Positions 59,068 to 64,000 of a stretch of DNA of 64,000 nt are shown one piece after another. Both the position numbers and the translations under genes were made by a program. This DNA is from an uncultured Methylomonas sp. (GTDB lineage: Bacteria > Pseudomonadota > Gammaproteobacteria > Methylococcales > Methylomonadaceae). The DNA lies in contig CAKZJE010000047.1 in NCBI GenBank assembly GCA_936941155.1, positions 11,154 to 75,153 on the forward strand. The letters run 5' to 3'. The notes beneath the pieces are model-generated. The model worked only from the letters and a program-made list of their open reading frames with translations, had not been told where the DNA came from and made no database searches. The first letter of the stretch is position 1; every line of letters starts with the position of its first letter.

Positions 59068-61314
59068 GTGCAGAGTCTTAAAGATTTGCAGAGGTGGACA
59101 GTGGACAATTTTTCCGTCATCGTTTTTAATACTTTTATGAAAAACAAATTAAGCCTAAGCAAAATAATGAAAATCTTAAAAAAACGCCCATTTAAAGTCG
59201 ATTTACTAAGCTGTTTTTTGGGTTTAATTCTGTTTACGGTAGTTATTGTTATTTATAGCTACGAAACCCATTCAAAAAACACGATTAGCTTAGTCTCAGA
59301 CTTAGCTAATAGCCAGCTTCATCATGCAGTGAGTAAAACTGCCCGACAAATTAATATTGCTCAATATACACCCGAATTAATATCAAATTTATTATCCGAT
59401 CATTTTGATATTGAACATGATAAACAGCTAGAGCAACAAATTATTAAAGTCTTAAATAAAACACCTTTTCTATTTATGTGTTTTATTGCAGATGAGCAAG
59501 GCAATTTTATTTTAGGATATAGAAATAAATTTAATACCATTTCTACTAAAGTTATTCATAGAACAGAACAAAAATCGCAAGAATTGTCTAAATATCGTGA
59601 TGAAAAAGGCGTTGTTTATAAAGAAAAAACAGAAATAAATCCCGCTTATGAACCAAGAAAAAGATTGTGGTATATCGGTGCAAAAAAGAATTTACAACCC
59701 TATTGGACTGAAATTTATCGGTTTTATCATAATGACTTTGATAATGCTTATGCCGCGAAAACTGAAAATAAAAACTTATACGGTATTACAATTGCCAATC
59801 CGATTATTAATGATAAAAAAAAATTAATGGGCGTAGTTGGTGTTGATATTAGTCTGATGGAATTATCAGAATTTTTATCCAAATTAAAAATTGGAAAAAA
59901 TGGCAAAGCATTAATTGTAAATGATACAAGGCAACTGATTGTGTATCCTTTTGCCAATAGTGAGAAATTAATTGCTACGCCAGAGCATCAAGGAATGCGT
60001 ATTGAAGATATTCAAATTCCTTGGTTAAGAGAAGGTGTGGAAGGGTATTTTAGAAAATCAGAAAAAACTTTTTTCTATACTTATCAAGGGCATATTTATT
60101 TAGTGAAATCGCATGATTTTTCCGCAGAAATTGGCAAACCTTGGTATTTAATTATTGTGGTGCCGATTGATGATTTTTTAAACAACATCAAACAAAGTCG
60201 GTTAGTTAATTTTGCGATTACATCAATCATGCTGTTGTTATCGGTATTATTTTCTCTATGGTTATCACGCAGTTTATCAAAACCGCTTGAAGCAATGACG
60301 AAAACGATGCGGCAAATTAATGATTTAGATTTTGCCAATTTAATTCGCACTTCTTCTTCAATTAAAGAATTTCAACAAATGTCAGATGCGTTAAATGCGA
60401 TGACGCAAGGTTTAAAAGCCTTTTTAAAATATATTCCGCCAGAAGTCGTTGAAGAATTAATTAAAAAAGGCGAAAACGTGACATTAGGCGGACAGGAATT
60501 GCAATTAAGTATTTTGTTTTCAGATATTGAAGGCTTTACTGAAATCACCGAAGACAGTGCGCCAATGGAAATCATGGCTGATTTAACCTATTATTTCGAC
60601 CAAATGGTGAAAGTGATTGTGTTAAATAATCAAGGGACTGTGGATAAATTTATTGGTGATGCGGTGATGGCATTTTGGGGTGCGCCAAGTTACACCAATG
60701 AACATGCGCGGCTTTCGTGTTTAGCCGCTTTGCAATGCCAAGCGGAAATTGCCAAATTCAATCAGCAAAGAATTGCCGAGAAAAAACGCGTGTTTAATAC
60801 TCGCATTGGCATTCACACCGGCACGGCAATTGTGGGCAATATTGGCTCAAGCGATCGTTTTAATTACACCGTGATTGGCGATAATGTGAATTTAGCTTCG
60901 CGATTAGAGGGATTAAATAAACTCTATGAAACTAATATTATTGTAAGTCACACCACTTATCGGCAGGCGTATGAATTTTTTGTGTTTAGACCGCTGGATT
61001 TTGTGATTGTGAAAGGAAAAAATATCGGGATTAAAGTTTATCAATTGCTGGCTGAAAAAGATAAATGCGATGAAAAAACTTTGGCGTTAGTTGAACAAGC
61101 GACAAAAGCGTTTAATTGTTATTTAGATAAAAACTTTACTGAGGCATTACAGATTTATTTGCAGATTTTAGAAACCTATCCTGATGATAAACCTGCAAAA
61201 GTGATGATTGAAAAGTGCGATAAGTTTATTGAAATTCCCCCTGATGAAAACTGGACAGGGGCAACCCGTGTTTTTGAAAATCGAATTTTTATTAGGAATA
61301 AACACGATATGTAA
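59068..61314 (+). CDS. Membrane sensor adenylate/guanylate cyclase (Cache-like periplasmic domain, HAMP, class III cyclase domain, C-terminal TPR-like tail)
   Basis: It has LSILFSDIEGFT and FIGDAVMAFWGAP cyclase motifs. An alternative start at 59137 (MKNKLSL) is possible. Confidence 0.8.
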   Translation: MQSLKDLQRWTVDNFSVIVFNTFMKNKLSLSKIMKILKKRPFKVDLLSCFLGLILFTVVIVIYSYETHSKNTISLVSDLANSQLHHAVSKTARQINIAQYTPELISNLLSDHFDIEHDKQLEQQIIKVLNKTPFLFMCFIADEQGNFILGYRNKFNTISTKVIHRTEQKSQELSKYRDEKGVVYKEKTEINPAYEPRKRLWYIGAKKNLQPYWTEIYRFYHNDFDNAYAAKTENKNLYGITIANPIINDKKKLMGVVGVDISLMELSEFLSKLKIGKNGKALIVNDTRQLIVYPFANSEKLIATPEHQGMRIEDIQIPWLREGVEGYFRKSEKTFFYTYQGHIYLVKSHDFSAEIGKPWYLIIVVPIDDFLNNIKQSRLVNFAITSIMLLLSVLFSLWLSRSLSKPLEAMTKTMRQINDLDFANLIRTSSSIKEFQQMSDALNAMTQGLKAFLKYIPPEVVEELIKKGENVTLGGQELQLSILFSDIEGFTEITEDSAPMEIMADLTYYFDQMVKVIVLNNQGTVDKFIGDAVMAFWGAPSYTNEHARLSCLAALQCQAEIAKFNQQRIAEKKRVFNTRIGIHTGTAIVGNIGSSDRFNYTVIGDNVNLASRLEGLNKLYETNIIVSHTTYRQAYEFFVFRPLDFVIVKGKNIGIKVYQLLAEKDKCDEKTLALVEQATKAFNCYLDKNFTEALQIYLQILETYPDDKPAKVMIEKCDKFIEIPPDENWTGATRVFENRIFIRNKHDM

Positions 61315-61327
61315 CGGAAAAATGCGG

Positions 61328-62161
61328 TTAAAACAGTTCCCAAATAGGTTTTATGCCATCGGGCAGAGGCGCAAGTCGCCCTAGTTCTAACCAAACATTT
61401 TTGGGATTGTGAAAATCAGAGCCTTGCGAGGCTGCTAAATCAAATTGTTTGGCGTAATTTAAGCTGCGTCTGACTTCATCAGGATTAATGCGTCCAGTAA
61501 TCACTTCAATCCCCGCGCCACCGACTTCTTTAAAAACCGTTAAAAAGCGTTTCATCCAACTAGCAGTTAAGTTATAGCGCATTGGGTGTGCAACCACCGC
61601 CACGCCACCCGCTTGATTAATCCAGCTCACAGCATCCGAAAGCTCTGCCCACGTTGTGCTGGTGTAAGCCGGTTTTCCTTGCCCTAAATAGCGGTCAAAC
61701 GCTTCCTGTTCTGTGTCAACGTGATGCTGCGCGACTAAAAAATCAGCAAAATGACTGCGCGTTATCATGCCTGTTTCGCCTGCGGCGGCGACAACCGCTT
61801 CGTAAGCTCCAAAAATGCGTTTTTTCTCTAATAAGGCGGCTATTTTTGCCACCCGTTCATAGCGAATGGTTTGAATTTGTTTGATGCCTGCTTTTAAAGC
61901 GATATTTTCAGGGTCAATATTTAAGCCGACAATATGAAAACATTGTTTATTCCATGTGACGGATAATTCTATGCCGTTGATTAGCTTGATATTCACAGCT
62001 TCGGCGGCTTGTTGCGCTTCGGCTAAACCGACGGTGGTATCGTGGTCAGTTAATGCCAGCGCGGTGACTTGTTGTTGCTGGGCGCGAATAATCAGGTCGG
62101 TTGGGGATAAAGAGCCATCAGAGGCTGTGGAGTGGCTATGTAAATCATATTTTTCGAGCAT
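61328..62161 (-). CDS. PHP-domain phosphoesterase (TrpH/YciV-like)
   Basis: It has N-terminal DLHSHSTASDG and TDHDT motifs. Confidence 0.75.
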   Translation of the reverse strand: MLEKYDLHSHSTASDGSLSPTDLIIRAQQQQVTALALTDHDTTVGLAEAQQAAEAVNIKLINGIELSVTWNKQCFHIVGLNIDPENIALKAGIKQIQTIRYERVAKIAALLEKKRIFGAYEAVVAAAGETGMITRSHFADFLVAQHHVDTEQEAFDRYLGQGKPAYTSTTWAELSDAVSWINQAGGVAVVAHPMRYNLTASWMKRFLTVFKEVGGAGIEVITGRINPDEVRRSLNYAKQFDLAASQGSDFHNPKNVWLELGRLAPLPDGIKPIWELF

Positions 62162-62294
62162 TGTTTATAAAGGTTTTGTTTTTGCATGAAGATTGGGTAG
62201 AAATAGTAACACAATCATCACACTGCGTATTTTTCAGCGCAGATTTATTCGCAGCTGTAAATGGTGAGATTTACTTTGCAATACCCTACTCAGC

Positions 62295-62705
62295 TTATTT
62301 TTGCGCAGTGGCATTTAACTTTTTTTGCATTGCGAGCATTTCTTCCAAACGAGAAATATCTTTGTCTTTTTGGCTGATGATTTCGTGCTGGTGTTGGTTG
62401 ATAAGTTGCAGTTTTTGCACTTCAAAGGCTAATTCGGCGGGTGAAGCGATAATCTGACCACCATCGCCGTTATTAGAATAATTATTGTTTAAATAAATAT
62501 TTTTGCCATCCAGCGGAATCAGTTCGATTAAATCCACATCCAACACTTCGGCGATTTGTTTCATTTTGGAAAAATAAGCTTTGGTTGTGCCACGTTCAAT
62601 TTTGGAATATCCGCTGATTGACATATTCAGTTTTTCTGCCATGTCTTCCTGTGACCAGTTTTTGGCTTCGCGTAAAAAGCGGATTTTTTCGTGAACTTCC
62701 ATCAT
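62295..62705 (-). CDS. XRE-family HTH transcriptional regulator with C-terminal coiled coil
   Basis: The HTH_3 motif is FLREAKNWSQEDMAEKLNMSISGYSKIERG. Confidence 0.7.
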   Translation of the reverse strand: MMEVHEKIRFLREAKNWSQEDMAEKLNMSISGYSKIERGTTKAYFSKMKQIAEVLDVDLIELIPLDGKNIYLNNNYSNNGDGGQIIASPAELAFEVQKLQLINQHQHEIISQKDKDISRLEEMLAMQKKLNATAQK

Positions 62706-62810
62706 TTTTCCTTAAATTCTTCTAATTGGGTAGGTAACTGCACTGTTAGGCAATTGTAGCAAATTTGGGGAGGTTTAGAATGCAGCTTCTGTTAATTTAG
62801 GAGTAAAAAA

Positions 62811-63116
62811 ATGGCTAATGAAGTTAAAGATGCAACAGTTGCAACGGCTGCAATTGCAACGGGGGCAGCGGCTGGTATTGGAAATGCGGCAATGGTTTAT
62901 ACAGGGGCAGTTGCAGCAGCTGAAGCTGCAGGATTAGCTGGTGCGGCTGCAACATCATCGGCTCTTGCTACTTTAGGTGGTGGAGCAATTGCCGCAGGTG
63001 GCGGTGGTATGGCAGCAGGAGTTGCGGCTGTTGCTACGGCCGCTGCGTGGCCTGCGGCAGCGGTAGCTGTTGTTGGTTTTGGTGGCTATAAACTGGTCAA
63101 ATGGTTAAAGGATTAA
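62811..63116 (+). CDS. Gly/Ala-rich small protein (101 aa) with amphipathic C-terminus
   Basis: About 60% of residues are Ala or Gly. It has GxxxG-like zippers and the C-terminal motif GYKLVKWLKD. It is transcribed divergently from the XRE regulator. Confidence 0.45.
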   Translation: MANEVKDATVATAAIATGAAAGIGNAAMVYTGAVAAAEAAGLAGAAATSSALATLGGGAIAAGGGGMAAGVAAVATAAAWPAAAVAVVGFGGYKLVKWLKD

Positions 63117-63117
63117 C

Positions 63118-63612
63118 ATGACTACAATCAATACCGTTTCAGAGTTATTAAAAGCGTCAAACGTAACCGATTTAGCCCCTAAAAATTTCTCTAAGGTTTT
63201 TCATTATATTGGAAAAAATCAAGCTACTGTTAGTAAAGGAGTTATTGCTGAATTAGCCTCAGTCATGAAAAGTTCAACTGAAGCAACAACTATGGCATAC
63301 AAAGCGATGCAAAGTTTAGTCGAAGATGCAAATGAACGGGCTTCCCAATCTTCATTAAAGAATATGGGTAATGTCATTAATTTGCTACATGAAAATGGCG
63401 TTTCAGATAAACGTATCGACAGTTTACTCCCACAGCTTTTAAAACAAGCACATGAAATGGAGAAAACAAAGATAGAGGGTAATAATAAATTGGCTAACAC
63501 GGCTTTATTAATAACTGGGGTACTTGCCGCAATTTTCTTAAACAAGAAGATGGACGGAGACAACATTGAAAGAAATAACAAAACTAAACCAAGAAAATTC
63601 TGGGAGAGCTAA
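63118..63612 (+). CDS. Hypothetical protein with C-terminal TM segment (164 aa)
   Basis: Its ATG lies 2 bp after the upstream stop, and it has the C-terminal hydrophobic stretch ALLITGVLAAIFL. Confidence 0.4.
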   Translation: MTTINTVSELLKASNVTDLAPKNFSKVFHYIGKNQATVSKGVIAELASVMKSSTEATTMAYKAMQSLVEDANERASQSSLKNMGNVINLLHENGVSDKRIDSLLPQLLKQAHEMEKTKIEGNNKLANTALLITGVLAAIFLNKKMDGDNIERNNKTKPRKFWES

Positions 63613-63614
63613 TT

Positions 63615-63782
63615 GTGAAAGACATTCTCAAATTGCTTTGGAACATAGGTTATTGGATGGGCGGGTGGTCTGGCTTTACTTTTGGGTCAATAGGAACTTT
63701 AGTAGCATTGGCAGTTAGAGTTAGCTTTTTCAGTGATGACAATAAGTCTTCTGATGGTTCTGACACCAATCAAAATCCGTAA
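63615..63782 (+). CDS. Small Trp/Gly-rich membrane peptide (55 aa, GTG start)
   Basis: It was found by manual translation and lies directly upstream of a strong terminator. Confidence 0.25.
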   Translation: MKDILKLLWNIGYWMGGWSGFTFGSIGTLVALAVRVSFFSDDNKSSDGSDTNQNP

Positions 63783-63795
63783 CCTGAACTAAATA

Positions 63796-63830
63796 AAAAC
63801 CGCCAATGGCAAAACCAAAGGCGGTTTTTT
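63796..63830 (+). terminator. Rho-independent terminator
   Basis: The hairpin aaaaccgcc-aatggcaaaaccaaa-ggcggtttttt is read directly from the sequence. Confidence 0.6.
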
Positions 63831-64000
63831 ATTGCCTATCAACAAACTACCCCGACATTTAAAACTGATTTAACTGCGATTAAGTTAAGAGTTTATGCTT
63901 TATTTTTCAATAAGATACTTGTAGGGTGGGCACGCTTTTTTGCCCACCGAGAAAAATTAACCACTTAAAATGCTTGAAAAACTATGTTCTTCTATACGAT

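Noticed and set aside
1-64000. A search for tRNA, rRNA and tmRNA genes.
   Set aside because: No tRNA-like T-loop or anticodon-stem consensus (for example GGTTCGAATCC) was recognised in any intergenic region by eye. A tRNAscan-SE run would be needed to be definitive.

Overview
This is a low-GC (roughly mid-to-high 30s % by eye) bacterial chromosomal window with a gammaproteobacterium-like gene content. It mixes core metabolism with several accessory insertions and a high load of small palindromic repeat families.

Running 5' to 3':

1. Surface-polysaccharide locus (88-9979). It holds a sulfotransferase, an 1175-aa TPR/rhamnan-synthesis-F/glycosyltransferase fusion with seven 'PHPLF' repeats, a GT-B glycosyltransferase, a KpsC N-domain-only gene plus KpsS (beta-Kdo transferases), an LTA-synthase/sulfatase-like membrane protein and an SDR.

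2. Lysine/DAP locus dapE, arsC-like, dapD, dapC (10080-16576). It is interrupted between the arsC-like gene and dapD by about 2.9 kb of small cassette-like genes. These are an acidic 84-aa ORF, DUF4160/DUF2442, and two membrane proteins, and three of the gene ends are followed by an 80-bp repeat. dapC also carries an in-frame GC-rich palindromic mini-insertion.

3. M48 lipoprotein protease, a lipoprotein and MAPEG (16573-18833).

4. A 5.5-kb toxin-antitoxin island (18933-24371). It carries relE/antitoxin, higB with a higA truncated by a repeat element, vapBC, a truncated second higB copy, two paralogous lipoproteins, a 37-aa hydrophobic peptide, hicAB and a second PIN/antitoxin pair.

5. queD, a PilZ protein, trpS, two tandem CxxC paralogs, cytochrome b561, an ATP-grasp enzyme and a secreted protein (24495-31981).

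6. A six-gene Wsp-like chemosensory operon (32236-41490). The genes are cheR, cheB, cheW, a CheA hybrid with two HPt domains and a receiver, a cytoplasmic MCP with a C-terminal hemerythrin domain, and a REC-REC-GGDEF output. This is a putative O2/redox-to-c-di-GMP pathway and is the most notable system in the window.

7. purL, a bamC-like lipoprotein, dapA, then an SPFH/SHOCT protein with a double zinc-ribbon partner, a gamma-CA, cysK and deaD. These are followed by a sensor adenylate cyclase, a PHP (TrpH-like) protein, and a divergent XRE regulator next to a Gly/Ala-rich peptide operon.

At least five distinct short repeat families are scattered through the intergenic regions, and some sit at gene-truncation points. 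I detected no rRNA, tRNA, CRISPR array, transposase or integrase.
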